Positions 54,628-64,000 of a stretch of 64,000 bases of DNA are shown one piece after another (position 1 is the stretch's first letter; each line of letters starts with the position of its first letter). Below the pieces are notes generated by a model. That model saw only the letters and a list, made by a program, of their open reading frames with translations. It was not told the origin of the DNA and made no database searches. Source of the DNA: Candidatus Saccharimonadota bacterium (GTDB taxonomy: Bacteria; Patescibacteriota; Saccharimonadia; Saccharimonadales; AWTP1-31); contig JBPOHZ010000008.1 of assembly GCA_052034955.1 (NCBI GenBank), forward strand, positions 27,614 to 91,613, given 5' to 3'. The position numbers were made by a program, and so were the translations under genes.

Positions 54628-56409
54628 ATGATTGATCGTACCACCAAACTCAGATGGCGACGACGGCTAAGACGAAGCAAGCGTCAGGTCGAAGACTTGG
54701 GCATGCAAGCCGAAGACAGCCTGGAGCAACACTTCTTTAAGCGCCTCAGCAGACTAACCCGTGTCCGTCGCTTCATAGCTTCTTGGGTGGTATTATTCAT
54801 TCTTTTGATAGGCGGTACGCTTTATCAAACAAGAGGCCTAGGCCGTAATTACTTATTTGCCGAACCGGCCGATGGTGGAATCTATAGCGAAGGAATACTC
54901 GGGACGTTTACCAACGCTAATCCTATCTATGCTACCGGAAGCGTCGATAGCAGTGTCGAGCGTTTAGTTTTTTCTGGTTTATTCAAACACAACCAAGACA
55001 ACAAGCTGGTTGGTGATTTAGCCAAAAGCTGGAAGGCTGATCCAACTGGAAAGATCTATACTGTAAAGCTAAAAAGTGGACTTACCTGGCATGATGGAGC
55101 ACCACTCACGGCCGATGACATATTATTTACTTACGACCTAATTCAGGACCCAGACGCCAAGTCGCCCTTGGCCGGTAGCTGGCAGGGTATCAAGGTAGAG
55201 AAGATTTCCCAAACAGAGATAAGGTTTGTGTTACCTAGTATCCTGAGTGCTTTCCCGCAATCCATGACTAATGGCATCGTCCCTAAACATATTCTGGATG
55301 GCATCCCAATCGCTCAACTTAGGTCATTGGCCTTTAATACCAGTTATCCAGTTGGCTCCGGCCCCTATAAATGGGAGGCAGTAGAGGTAGTAGGGACGAA
55401 TCCTGACGACCGAGAACAACGAATCGCTCTTGTTCCTAACCAAACTTATGTTGGCGGAAAGCCCAAAATAGAGAAGATAATAATTCGTACATTTCAAAGC
55501 GAAGAAAAAATAATCAATGCTTTCAAGAATCAAGAGATAAACGCAGTCGCCGGATTAAATGTCGTTCCTGAAGACATCAAGGACGACCTGTCGGCCCGAG
55601 CCCTAAATATACCGTTAACAAGTGAAGTTCTATTGTTCTTCAAAAACAGTTTACCGGTATTTGATTTACAAACTAGGAAAGGTTTGGCCTACGCCATTAA
55701 TACCCCCGAGCTATTATCGGGCATTGGCAGGCCCGTCTTGCCAGCATCTGGACCGTTGCTACGGAGTCAGGTTGGCTTTAGTGACAAGATAAAACAAAAC
55801 ACCTCCAATCCAGAGCTTGCCGATAAGCTACTCACCGAAGCCGGCTGGTCTCTTAATAACGGAACAAGAGTTAATAAGTCGGGTCAAAAATTGCAATTTA
55901 CTATAACTACCCAGAAAAACAGCGCCTATGACTATGTGGCTCATGTACTAAAGAAGCAGTGGCAAGCTTTTGGGGTTAGTGTCGATATAGTTCTGTTAGA
56001 AGATGATCAGCTTCAGGAGTCTCTGGCCAATCATAACTACGAAGCCTTGTTGTATGGAATCTCTCTGGGGGCTGATCCGGATGTCTTTGCTTTCTGGCAT
56101 AGCTCGCAGGCCGATCCTCGTTCCGACAACCGTCTGAATTTTTCGGAATATAACTCCAAGATTGCCGATCGTTCACTGGAAGCCGGACGAACCAGAAGCG
56201 AAGACATTGTTCGCAGTATCAAATACCAGCCATTTTTAACTGCATGGCGTGACGATGCTCCGGCCATTGCTTTATATCAACCCAGGTATCTCTATCTTGT
56301 AAGAGAGCCACTTTTTGGGCTTAATCCAAAGATCATGAATAGCGGAGCTGACAGGTTCAACGACGTTAACAACCTTCAGATACGTAAGACATATCAGGCT
56401 CGGCCATAA
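54628..56409 (+). CDS. ABC transporter substrate-binding protein, family 5 (peptide/nickel type)
   Basis: 593 aa. N-terminal TM anchor. LTWHDGAPLTADDILFTY motif typical of SBP_bac_5. Confidence 0.8.
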   Translation: MIDRTTKLRWRRRLRRSKRQVEDLGMQAEDSLEQHFFKRLSRLTRVRRFIASWVVLFILLIGGTLYQTRGLGRNYLFAEPADGGIYSEGILGTFTNANPIYATGSVDSSVERLVFSGLFKHNQDNKLVGDLAKSWKADPTGKIYTVKLKSGLTWHDGAPLTADDILFTYDLIQDPDAKSPLAGSWQGIKVEKISQTEIRFVLPSILSAFPQSMTNGIVPKHILDGIPIAQLRSLAFNTSYPVGSGPYKWEAVEVVGTNPDDREQRIALVPNQTYVGGKPKIEKIIIRTFQSEEKIINAFKNQEINAVAGLNVVPEDIKDDLSARALNIPLTSEVLLFFKNSLPVFDLQTRKGLAYAINTPELLSGIGRPVLPASGPLLRSQVGFSDKIKQNTSNPELADKLLTEAGWSLNNGTRVNKSGQKLQFTITTQKNSAYDYVAHVLKKQWQAFGVSVDIVLLEDDQLQESLANHNYEALLYGISLGADPDVFAFWHSSQADPRSDNRLNFSEYNSKIADRSLEAGRTRSEDIVRSIKYQPFLTAWRDDAPAIALYQPRYLYLVREPLFGLNPKIMNSGADRFNDVNNLQIRKTYQARP

Positions 56410-56476
56410 GCCAAGCTAGCGCTCCGATCGGATATAGATTAAAATAATCTGGTAGTTAACCAGGTATGTTTTTGTT

Positions 56477-56563
56477 GCCGCGATGGCGGAATTGGTAGAC
56501 GCGCTAGCTTCAGGAGTTAGTGGGGGTAACCCCGTGGAGGTTCAAGTCCTCTTCGCGGCACCA
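56477..56563 (+). tRNA. tRNA-Leu (anticodon CAG), type II with a long variable arm and encoded CCA
   Basis: Acceptor GCCGCGA/TCGCGGC. Anticodon stem CTAGC/GTTAG with loop TTCAGGA. Variable arm GGGG-TAA-CCCC. T arm GGAGG-TTCAAGT-CCTCT. Confidence 0.93.
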
Positions 56564-56803
56564 AAAATAGAAATGGTTAGATATCGGCTAACGGGAAAGT
56601 AGCAGAGCAGTCCGACTCACTATTATTAATCAGACATTGTTGATATTGTCTTTGCTGATGTTGTTTCTTGAAGTTGGTTGGTCTTATAAATATAATTTGG
56701 ATTAATATCGAGATAATTAGACACCCCGTACCAACCCAGAATAACTTGTTGGCAGACTGACGATAATTTTTATGCATAATCTTTATGCTAATATTATAGC
56801 AAT

Positions 56804-57248
56804 AATGAGTCACAAAAAATCAAAGTCATCACACCAGTTATTGACGTACATTATGTTTGTAGTTGCTTTTGCTGCGCCCCTGTCCAACTTTCCTCAAATT
56901 TATACATTGTTTAGTAAGAGAGTAACCGAAGGCCTGTCATTAGAAACTTGGATTATGTATGTAGTATTTGCTTTTGTTCAGCTTTTCTATGCGGTTACCA
57001 ATAAGATTAAGCCTTTGATCGTTTCAAATTTACTATGGATAGTCGTTGAGCTTGTAATGATCTATGGTATTGTCAGCTTTAGAATGGCAGACGCACCGTT
57101 AGCATATGACAGGTTGCTTATGATAAATAATATTGGCAAGTCAATTGGCGGTTTAGCAATGATATGCTTTAGCTCAGCAGCGGCATTATTTGCATACGAC
57201 CTAATGGGTGTTTCGAATAAAAACCGAAGAGTAGGCCAAAAAACATGA
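56804..57248 (+). CDS. PQ-loop (SemiSWEET-like) membrane protein
   Basis: LSNFPQIYTLF PQ motif in the first TM helix, with several further TM helices. ATG 56804 is preferred over 56772. Confidence 0.55.
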
Positions 57249-57643
57249 GTTCTTTAAGTAATAACAGATTTAAAAAAGATAAGCTAATGCTTAGTGCTTC
57301 GTTAATAGCATTAGTTGGTACTTCTTACGTTGTGCTTAGTTTTGCTGCTACGCCTGCCGATACTACCAAACCTGGCACAATCTATGCCGAGAATTTAGAC
57401 GTTCGCCATGATGCCGCACAAGCTAGCGTGAGAATAAGTACTGTCCCAGGATTGAGATACTGTCTTGTTCCCCGAAAGGCTATTCCAACAAAGGGTAGAG
57501 TTACGTCTGATAAAACTTCAGTAACTGATCTTTATATTAATAAAGAAGGCAAGGTTTGTTATACAGCCGATAACGCTGAAAAAGTCACCATGACTATTCA
57601 GGGTCCAAACATTCAGCCTGACAGATTAGAAATTACAAAATAG
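57245..57643 (+). CDS. Hypothetical secreted protein
   Basis: 132-aa ORF with an N-terminal signal/anchor. Overlaps the upstream stop by 4 nt. Confidence 0.5.
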   Translation: MSSLSNNRFKKDKLMLSASLIALVGTSYVVLSFAATPADTTKPGTIYAENLDVRHDAAQASVRISTVPGLRYCLVPRKAIPTKGRVTSDKTSVTDLYINKEGKVCYTADNAEKVTMTIQGPNIQPDRLEITK

Positions 57644-57724
57644 TGTTTTTTGGCGTCCACCCAGGGATCCAAATGTGCTATTATATCTCAAGAAGATTAC
57701 GCTTTATTTAATACAAGAGGGTCC

Positions 57725-59362
57725 ATGAGTAAGGTTGCACATTATTTACAAGAGCATGTAAGTGGCGAAGTAACAGCTGCCGCAGACATGCGTCGTTATT
57801 TTTCGACAGACGGTGGAGTCTTTACGGTCACACCATCATTAATAGTTTATCCACGTAACGAAGGCGATGTCCGAAAAACGGCTAGATTTACTTGGCAATT
57901 AGCTGAACGGGGACGAATAGTTCCGATTACCGCAAGGGGTATGGGTACCGACCAAGGCGGTGCTGCTGTTGGCTCCGGAATAATGATGGTTTTCCCGGCG
58001 CACATGAATCGAATTTTAGAGCTAGATGGTAAGTCTGGTGATGTTGTTGTAGAGCCAGGCCTTTTATACGGCAAGTTACAACAAACATTGCATACCCATG
58101 GCAGGTTCTTGCCTCCATACCCATCTTCAATCGAGTACAGTACTATCGGTGGCGCAGTAGCCAACAATGCTGCCGGCGAAAAGACAATTAAATATGGTGC
58201 TACCAGGGACTTTGTAAAGAGTTTGCGAGTAGTTCTTGCCAATGGTGAGGCCATCGAGACCAAGCGGCTCAGCAAACGCGAGCTTAGCAAGAAGATGGGC
58301 CTAACCAATTTCGAGGGCGAAATTTACCGAGCTGTAGACGCGCTTATCGACGAGAACAAAAAAGTAATCGAAGATAGCCTACTAAATGTATCCAAGAACT
58401 CAGCAGGCTATGCACTGCGTGACGTAAAACGTAAAGATGGATCTTTTGATCTAACTCCGTTATTCGTAGGTTCTCAAGGAACGCTGGGTATAGTCACCGA
58501 GTCGACCATTAGTACGGCGGTTTATAACCCCGAAACTACTCTAATTGCTGCCTTCTTTGATGATCTTCAAGTTGCCGAGCAGGTAATATCCGAAATTCGT
58601 GCATTGCCAGAAATACCTAGTGCTATGGAGCTTGTCGATGAGCACCTATTAACATATTTAGACCAGCATAACCCTAATCAGCTAAAGGGAATCGTCGAAA
58701 AACCTTTTCATAAGCTGATCGTTTTGATCGAATTCGACAATAGTAATGTCCGAATTCAGAAGAAGATGGCCAAGCGGGCACTAAAAATTCTTAACAAATC
58801 TCAGGTTAAATACCAAATAGAGACTGATGAACACGAGAAAGAAAAGCTTTGGCAAATCCGCCATAGTGCGGCGGCGGTTATATCGCACTCCGAAGGAAAC
58901 GTAAAAGCTCTGCCAATTATCGAAGACGGAATAGTACCTACCGAGAAGTTCCAGCAATACATCAAAGGTGTTTACGAGTTATTCGATAAGTACAAGTTGC
59001 AAGCTGCTATCTGGGGACACGCCGGTAACGCCAACCTTCACATGCAGCCATTCCTAGACCTCAGCCAGGTAGGCGATAGACAAAAAGTCTTTAAGATTAT
59101 CGATGAGTATTACAACATGGTTATAGATCTTGGGGGTAGTACTAGTGGCGAGCACAGTGATGGACGTTTGCGAGCTGCCTATTTACCAAAACTATATGGC
59201 CAAGAAATGTATGGTGTCTTTCAAAAACTTAAGGCTATTTTTGACCCACACGGAACCATGAACCCAGGTGTCAAGATTGATGTCACGGTAGATGATGTGA
59301 AGCCTCTTCTTAGGCACGAATACTCTATGAGTCACCTTGGTCATCACTTACCTAGGAGCTAA
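57725..59362 (+). CDS. FAD-linked oxidase (GlcD/D-lactate dehydrogenase-like)
   Basis: FAD_binding_4 pattern (VYPRNEGDV...ITARGMGTDQGGAAVG), GSQGTLGIVTE, and C-terminal GGSTSGEHSDG. AGAGGG lies 4 nt upstream of ATG 57725. Confidence 0.85.
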   Translation: MSKVAHYLQEHVSGEVTAAADMRRYFSTDGGVFTVTPSLIVYPRNEGDVRKTARFTWQLAERGRIVPITARGMGTDQGGAAVGSGIMMVFPAHMNRILELDGKSGDVVVEPGLLYGKLQQTLHTHGRFLPPYPSSIEYSTIGGAVANNAAGEKTIKYGATRDFVKSLRVVLANGEAIETKRLSKRELSKKMGLTNFEGEIYRAVDALIDENKKVIEDSLLNVSKNSAGYALRDVKRKDGSFDLTPLFVGSQGTLGIVTESTISTAVYNPETTLIAAFFDDLQVAEQVISEIRALPEIPSAMELVDEHLLTYLDQHNPNQLKGIVEKPFHKLIVLIEFDNSNVRIQKKMAKRALKILNKSQVKYQIETDEHEKEKLWQIRHSAAAVISHSEGNVKALPIIEDGIVPTEKFQQYIKGVYELFDKYKLQAAIWGHAGNANLHMQPFLDLSQVGDRQKVFKIIDEYYNMVIDLGGSTSGEHSDGRLRAAYLPKLYGQEMYGVFQKLKAIFDPHGTMNPGVKIDVTVDDVKPLLRHEYSMSHLGHHLPRS

Positions 59363-59373
59363 TAGGGTTCCGT

Positions 59374-62300
59374 ATGGCTCGAGATAAATCGATCCTAAGA
59401 AGGTTGTTTAGGAAGAACAATCTGCCTAAATTCTATAGCCGCAGAATTAGAGGTAACAAAATTTTTTCTGCTATAGCTGGTTCGCTGTTGTTTACGATTT
59501 TGGCTATATTGCTGCTTAGGGCTAGGTCGTCATTTGAGCAGAGCGCCTGGAGACTATTATTTACCGGCAATAAGCCAGACTTTTTAGCTATGGGCGGAGT
59601 GCTGGCGGCTATTGGGCTCCTTGCCTTGGCCCTGACAATAATCTACTGCTTCGTAGATTACAGGCGACACAAAAAGCCGTTAGCGCTTGAAGATCCTGGT
59701 GTCAAATACAGCTTACTCCATCATGCTAAGGCAGTTTTTATACCTAGGGCTTCGTATTACAAAAAACGGACATTACTGTGGTCTGGCTACACGGCTGTTT
59801 TGTCGGTATTGCTGGTAGCGGCAGTTGCCGTGCAGCTTAGTCGAACCTATGCCTATGCTCCGAATGAATTTGTAACTACTTGGGATATCCAGCAACCGAC
59901 AAAAACGCTCACCATACCGTCATACAGCCTTGGTGGCTATAATTACAATATAGACTGGGGTGATGGCAACGTAGATACGGGTGTGACAGCCGCCGCTTAC
60001 CATACCTATGCATCAAAAGGAGTTTATACCGTTAAAATTAGCGGTACATTTCCGCGTATGGTTCTAGACTCGTCTAATGCCGGTGAACTGATTACTGTGG
60101 ATCAATGGGGCAATAATCCTTGGGCAACAATGGAGTCTGCTTTTCAAGATGCCAACAGATTAACTATAACCGCATCTGATGCACCTGATCTGTCTAACGT
60201 TACATCGATGGCCAATATGTTCTTGGGGGCAAGTCAGCTCAATCAACCATTGAACAGCTGGGACGTTAGCAATGTCACGAATATGAGTCAGTTGTTTCTT
60301 GGGGCTTACAATTTTAATCAACCACTGGATAACTGGGATGTTAGTAACGTCACGAATATGCATAGTATGTTTAAGAATGCTGTTACTTTCGACCAACCCC
60401 TTAATGGCTGGGATGTTAGTTCGGTAGTATATGGCAACTTTGAATCTATGTTCTCCAGTGCCGTCAGCTTCAACCAGCCACTGGATAGCTGGGATGTTAG
60501 TAACGCCACTATTCTAGGTAGGATGTTTGAATCTGCTGCGAGCTTCAACCAACCTCTTGACGGATGGAACGTAAGTAGCGTAACTAACATGTCTGGTATG
60601 TTTCGTGGTGCAACATCATTTGACCAGCCGCTAGCTAACTGGGACGTTAGCAGCGTGCAAGATATGTCTGCCATGTTTGATTCTGCTAGAGTCTTTGACC
60701 AGCCACTCGCTAGCTGGAATGTCAGTGGTGTGACAGATATGCGCCAAATGTTTGCGAGTACACACAACTTTAACCAACCACTTAATGGTTGGGATGTTAG
60801 CAGCGTGCAAGATATGTCCAGGATGTTTAGTTCTACCGACGCCTTTAACCAACCACTTAATGGTTGGGATGTTAGCAGCGTAACAGATATGAACTCGATG
60901 TTCAGTTATAGCCAGGTCTTTGATCAATCAATAAACGATTGGGATGTAAGTAATGTTACTAACATGGCCGGAATGTTTGGATCCACTAGCTTATTTAACT
61001 CGCCGCTTGATCAATGGAATACTGGTGCGGTACAAACAATGGAAAGTATGTTTTCTGGTGCGGTGGTATTTAACCAGCCTATAGATAGCTGGGATACATC
61101 TAGCGTTACTAACATGGCCGGAATGTTCAGTTACACACCGGCGTTTAATCAGCCCCTAAATAGCTGGGATACATCTAGCGTTACGGGCGAGAGTGGCGTT
61201 TATTATCAGTACTACGGCATGGATAGTATGTTCCAGCAGGCGGAATCTTTTAATCAACCGCTAAACAATTGGGATACATCTAGCGTTACTAACATGTCCG
61301 AAATGTTCTTTATCGCACCACTTTTTAACCAACCGCTAAACAACTGGGATGTTAGCAGCGTTAAGGACATGGATTATATGTTTAGTCGGGCGACCAATTT
61401 TAATTCATCGGTTGCAGGTTGGGCGTGGGATAATCCAGTAACAATGTCATCAATGTTTGCCAATGCATCGGCATTTAACCAGCCCGTGGACGACTGGGAT
61501 GTTAGTCAGGTTACGGCTATGGACTATATGTTTATTAATGCTGATGTCTTTGACCGGTCACTCGGTAGCTGGGACGTCGGCAATGTTACAACTATGTATA
61601 GAATGCTCGAGAGCACCACCGGTTTGTCTGATCTAAACTATGATCTGTCTCTAATTGGGTGGCTATCGCATGGCGTACGGTCCAACGTACAGCTAGGCGC
61701 CTATAACTTGATGTATTGTCGGGCAATAACGGCACGACTTACCCTGGTAAATGATTACAATTGGAGCATTACAGATGGTGGTGAAGGATGTGAGGTGCCA
61801 ACGATTAGCACAACAACCGCCGATGGAACATACGGAGCAGGGACCGTTATTCCGCTTCAGATAACGTTTGTGACGCCGGTATATGTTACTGGTACGCCTC
61901 AGCTAAACCTTGCCCATGGTCCAAGCGCACAGTATGTGAGCGGTTCTGGAACCACGGTACTTACATTTGCCTACACCGTGTCCCAGGGTGACAATGCCAA
62001 TCAATTAGACTGGCTATACTTTGGCCCAGATAGCCCCTTCATATCTTTAAACGGAGGTACCCTAAAGTACCAAGACGTACAAGATTTATCATTAGACGAT
62101 CGAAGATGGCCAGTAGGTGGTGGGTTAAACCTTGGGACAAATCATAGTATTCGCATAGATACAGTGCTGCAAACTGACTTTAAGCTAGATATTTCACTGC
62201 CCACACCAAAGCCGATCTTGAGCGGATCAACAGTATCGTCGCACGTTACCATAACCAATCAGGGGCCTAACGACTCCTTTTATGGTGGCGGCATGTTTTA

Positions 62301-64000
62301 TGTATTACCGCCTGGGTTAACATATAGCTCTAACACTAACACCGACAAGGTTAGTTGTGCCTTTATTGGAAGTGGAGCAGAATCGGGCGAACCATATTTT
62401 GCAGAAGTATATTCGGACAATGGTCTTATTCTTTGCAATTCAAATGACGAATCAACACCATTACCCATTGGGCAAAGTGTTGAGTTCGATATAGCCCTTA
62501 GCGCAACTATTGATATTCCGGATGGCAGTATATTCGGTGGCATTTATATAGACAGCGATCTTGAAACTGTGGTTTTGGATCAATATTTTGAGGCCTATAC
62601 AAACCGACAGGATTTTACCCTGTTGTCCAGTAACAATGTCAGTCGCAAGACGTACACTATTACAGATGTTGAGCCCCCAACAACCAGCTATAAATGCAGT
62701 GACTTGACTGCTTCAATCGATAAGCAAACCGGCAACAGAACAGTGCCATTAACAGTCAAATTTAAAGCTAAAGGTCAGGTTCTAAACACATCTATCAAAT
62801 CCTATTTATACGATTTTGGAGATGGTGTATCGAAAGATTCAACTGGTGCATCCATAAACCATACCTACAGAAAGGCTGGTGTCTTCACTGCGCAAGTACG
62901 AATAAAAACAGACAAAGGCATAACCCCGGCAACTGCAGTTTGTAAGCTGACTATTACTGTAGACCGGACACCTGCAGCAGCTACTACTTCTGTACCTACA
63001 AAAACAAAATCGTCAGATAATGTACCTACACCCGAAAAATTTGAATCATTATTAAGGGCTGGTGGTGATGTAGATAAACTGTCAAATATATCAACTCTTG
63101 CAAGTACTCGGCCAGGCGGGGTCGATCTGTATTCTAGTACATTTATGTCACTGTTATTACTCCTGGCCTTAGCTTATGCTCTGCAGGCGTGGCGCGAATA
63201 TCGTTTTGTAAGAGATTCTAAGCAAGCTATTGCAGCTGCTAAGCAGAGTGCCAAAAGAACCCAACAGTTCCTCGAGATAATTAGTCATTATCTTAACACG
63301 CCGCTTGCTATATTGCAGGGCGCTCATGAGTTAATGACCAGCAAGCATGCATTAGATAGCTCATTCCTTATAGGGTTCGGCCATAAACTCGCTGCCCTCA
63401 ATACAATGGTGCAAGGATTCGAAGTCTCGGTGCAGAGCGCCCTTGGGCAGGACGGCCGGACTGGTTTTACCGATGATGACCAAAAGCTACTAACAAAAGC
63501 AGGAAAACTCTGGATTAGCTTGCTCGGTATTGCACTGGCTATTGCGGCTATTGATTTAACACTACTATTTATGGGTGTCTACGAAAAGCGGGGTGGTCGG
63601 CTGGTCAATGCTATAATCTTAACCCTATTTTCTGGGTTGCTGATCGGTGCATTGAGCTTTTATCTTAAACGTTCCAAGGTTCTGCATAACGGCATCAACC
63701 AGGAGGTATCGAATATGACCACACTTGCCAAACAAAAGGCCGATCTTTTGCAGACGGTTGCACCATCGCTGCAATACCATACCGACAAATTGAAACAGGG
63801 TACCGAAGGTATGTCACAGCTTGCCGATGCACAGACATTAGTAAACGGCTTGGCTATGCTGCAGCAGTTAACACAAGAACTCACTAGCTATCAGCGATTG
63901 ACTCAAGTTGAACAGGCGAGCACAGTTGATGTTAGTATGTATTACCAGCAGTCAATTGAGCCGGAAATTAAGAGAGTTGCACAGGCAAAGGGGAATACCT
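59374..64000 (+). CDS. Giant polytopic membrane/surface protein (3' end beyond the window): DUF285/BspA-type repeats, Ig-like, DUF11-like, PKD, TM helices, H-box-like motif
   Basis: ATG 59374 lies 11 nt after the upstream stop. I read frame +1 codon by codon to nt 63999 without finding a stop, and the frame was verified at 60259, 62797, 63286 and 63961. The ORF is absent from the track because it has no stop in the window. Confidence 0.85.
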   Translation, partial: MARDKSILRRLFRKNNLPKFYSRRIRGNKIFSAIAGSLLFTILAILLLRARSSFEQSAWRLLFTGNKPDFLAMGGVLAAIGLLALALTIIYCFVDYRRHKKPLALEDPGVKYSLLHHAKAVFIPRASYYKKRTLLWSGYTAVLSVLLVAAVAVQLSRTYAYAPNEFVTTWDIQQPTKTLTIPSYSLGGYNYNIDWGDGNVDTGVTAAAYHTYASKGVYTVKISGTFPRMVLDSSNAGELITVDQWGNNPWATMESAFQDANRLTITASDAPDLSNVTSMANMFLGASQLNQPLNSWDVSNVTNMSQLFLGAYNFNQPLDNWDVSNVTNMHSMFKNAVTFDQPLNGWDVSSVVYGNFESMFSSAVSFNQPLDSWDVSNATILGRMFESAASFNQPLDGWNVSSVTNMSGMFRGATSFDQPLANWDVSSVQDMSAMFDSARVFDQPLASWNVSGVTDMRQMFASTHNFNQPLNGWDVSSVQDMSRMFSSTDAFNQPLNGWDVSSVTDMNSMFSYSQVFDQSINDWDVSNVTNMAGMFGSTSLFNSPLDQWNTGAVQTMESMFSGAVVFNQPIDSWDTSSVTNMAGMFSYTPAFNQPLNSWDTSSVTGESGVYYQYYGMDSMFQQAESFNQPLNNWDTSSVTNMSEMFFIAPLFNQPLNNWDVSSVKDMDYMFSRATNFNSSVAGWAWDNPVTMSSMFANASAFNQPVDDWDVSQVTAMDYMFINADVFDRSLGSWDVGNVTTMYRMLESTTGLSDLNYDLSLIGWLSHGVRSNVQLGAYNLMYCRAITARLTLVNDYNWSITDGGEGCEVPTISTTTADGTYGAGTVIPLQITFVTPVYVTGTPQLNLAHGPSAQYVSGSGTTVLTFAYTVSQGDNANQLDWLYFGPDSPFISLNGGTLKYQDVQDLSLDDRRWPVGGGLNLGTNHSIRIDTVLQTDFKLDISLPTPKPILSGSTVSSHVTITNQGPNDSFYGGGMFYVLPPGLTYSSNTNTDKVSCAFIGSGAESGEPYFAEVYSDNGLILCNSNDESTPLPIGQSVEFDIALSATIDIPDGSIFGGIYIDSDLETVVLDQYFEAYTNRQDFTLLSSNNVSRKTYTITDVEPPTTSYKCSDLTASIDKQTGNRTVPLTVKFKAKGQVLNTSIKSYLYDFGDGVSKDSTGASINHTYRKAGVFTAQVRIKTDKGITPATAVCKLTITVDRTPAAATTSVPTKTKSSDNVPTPEKFESLLRAGGDVDKLSNISTLASTRPGGVDLYSSTFMSLLLLLALAYALQAWREYRFVRDSKQAIAAAKQSAKRTQQFLEIISHYLNTPLAILQGAHELMTSKHALDSSFLIGFGHKLAALNTMVQGFEVSVQSALGQDGRTGFTDDDQKLLTKAGKLWISLLGIALAIAAIDLTLLFMGVYEKRGGRLVNAIILTLFSGLLIGALSFYLKRSKVLHNGINQEVSNMTTLAKQKADLLQTVAPSLQYHTDKLKQGTEGMSQLADAQTLVNGLAMLQQLTQELTSYQRLTQVEQASTVDVSMYYQQSIEPEIKRVAQAKGNT
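60100..61615 (+). repeat. Array of about 18-20 protein repeats of about 26 aa (F..FNQPL..WDVS.VT.M..MF), DUF285 / 26-residue surface-protein repeat type
   Basis: About 18 clear units with W(D/N)(V/T)S...M..MF periodicity plus two degenerate leading units. Several units share identical DNA blocks of more than 30 nt. Confidence 0.85.

Noticed and set aside
56441-56475. Weak hairpin CTGGT-AGTTA-ACCAG followed by GTATGTTTTT after the substrate-binding protein gene
   Set aside because: The stem is only 5 bp and the T-tract is displaced by 5 nt, which is too weak to call a terminator.
56564-56813. AT-rich region after tRNA-Leu as a possible integration site, and the 78-aa minus ORF 56577..56813
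   Set aside because: I found no repeat of the tRNA 3' end downstream and no integrase. The ORF has no RBS and collides with the PQ-loop gene start.
60160-60927. Three overlapping minus-strand ORFs (78, 149 and 98 aa) with repetitive sequence
   Set aside because: They lie antisense to the DUF285-type repeat array of the giant + strand ORF. Their periodicity mirrors the sense-strand repeats, and they have no start context.
60100-61615. Regular ~78-nt periodicity that could suggest a CRISPR-like array
   Set aside because: The units are in-frame protein repeats with variable sequence throughout. There is no alternation of invariant repeat and unique spacer, and no cas genes are present.

Overview
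The window is a compact bacterial chromosome segment, roughly 90% coding and mostly on the + strand. It carries housekeeping genes: pcrA, rsmA, metG, a tatD-family gene, a cysteine desulfurase, mnmA, alaS, ftsA, ruvX, mltG, obg, sbcB, pheA, uvrA, rplY, trhO, uvrC and secG. It also holds one tmRNA, one tRNA-Leu(CAG), a heterodimeric ABC exporter, several cell-wall hydrolases and many short hypothetical genes. No rRNA, CRISPR array, transposase or integrase was seen. The short housekeeping proteins, -10 boxes abutting start codons, few biosynthetic genes and giant repeat-rich surface proteins suggest a reduced-genome Patescibacteria/CPR (Saccharibacteria-like) organism; this is inference only.

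Main hunt results:
1. A ~52-nt pseudoknot RNA motif that I cannot assign to any known class occurs four times (20338-20392, 44470-44521, 44661-44712, 46275-46326). Each copy sits downstream of a TTGACA -35 box (followed by a -10-like hexamer of variable quality) and is followed by either an intrinsic terminator or an RBS-sequestering hairpin. Base changes between copies are compensatory in both helices. All copies lie upstream of secreted, membrane or cell-wall-active proteins.
2. An open reading frame of more than 1542 codons (59374 to the window end) is missing from the ORF track because it has no stop in the window. It encodes a polytopic membrane protein with about 18-20 DUF285/BspA-type repeats, Ig-like, DUF11-like and PKD modules, and a histidine-kinase H-box-like motif.
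3. A perfect 45-bp direct repeat of the tmRNA 3' end plus its terminator brackets a 741-bp insert carrying a single gene.

All domain calls come from reading motifs by eye. No database search or folding computation was run.
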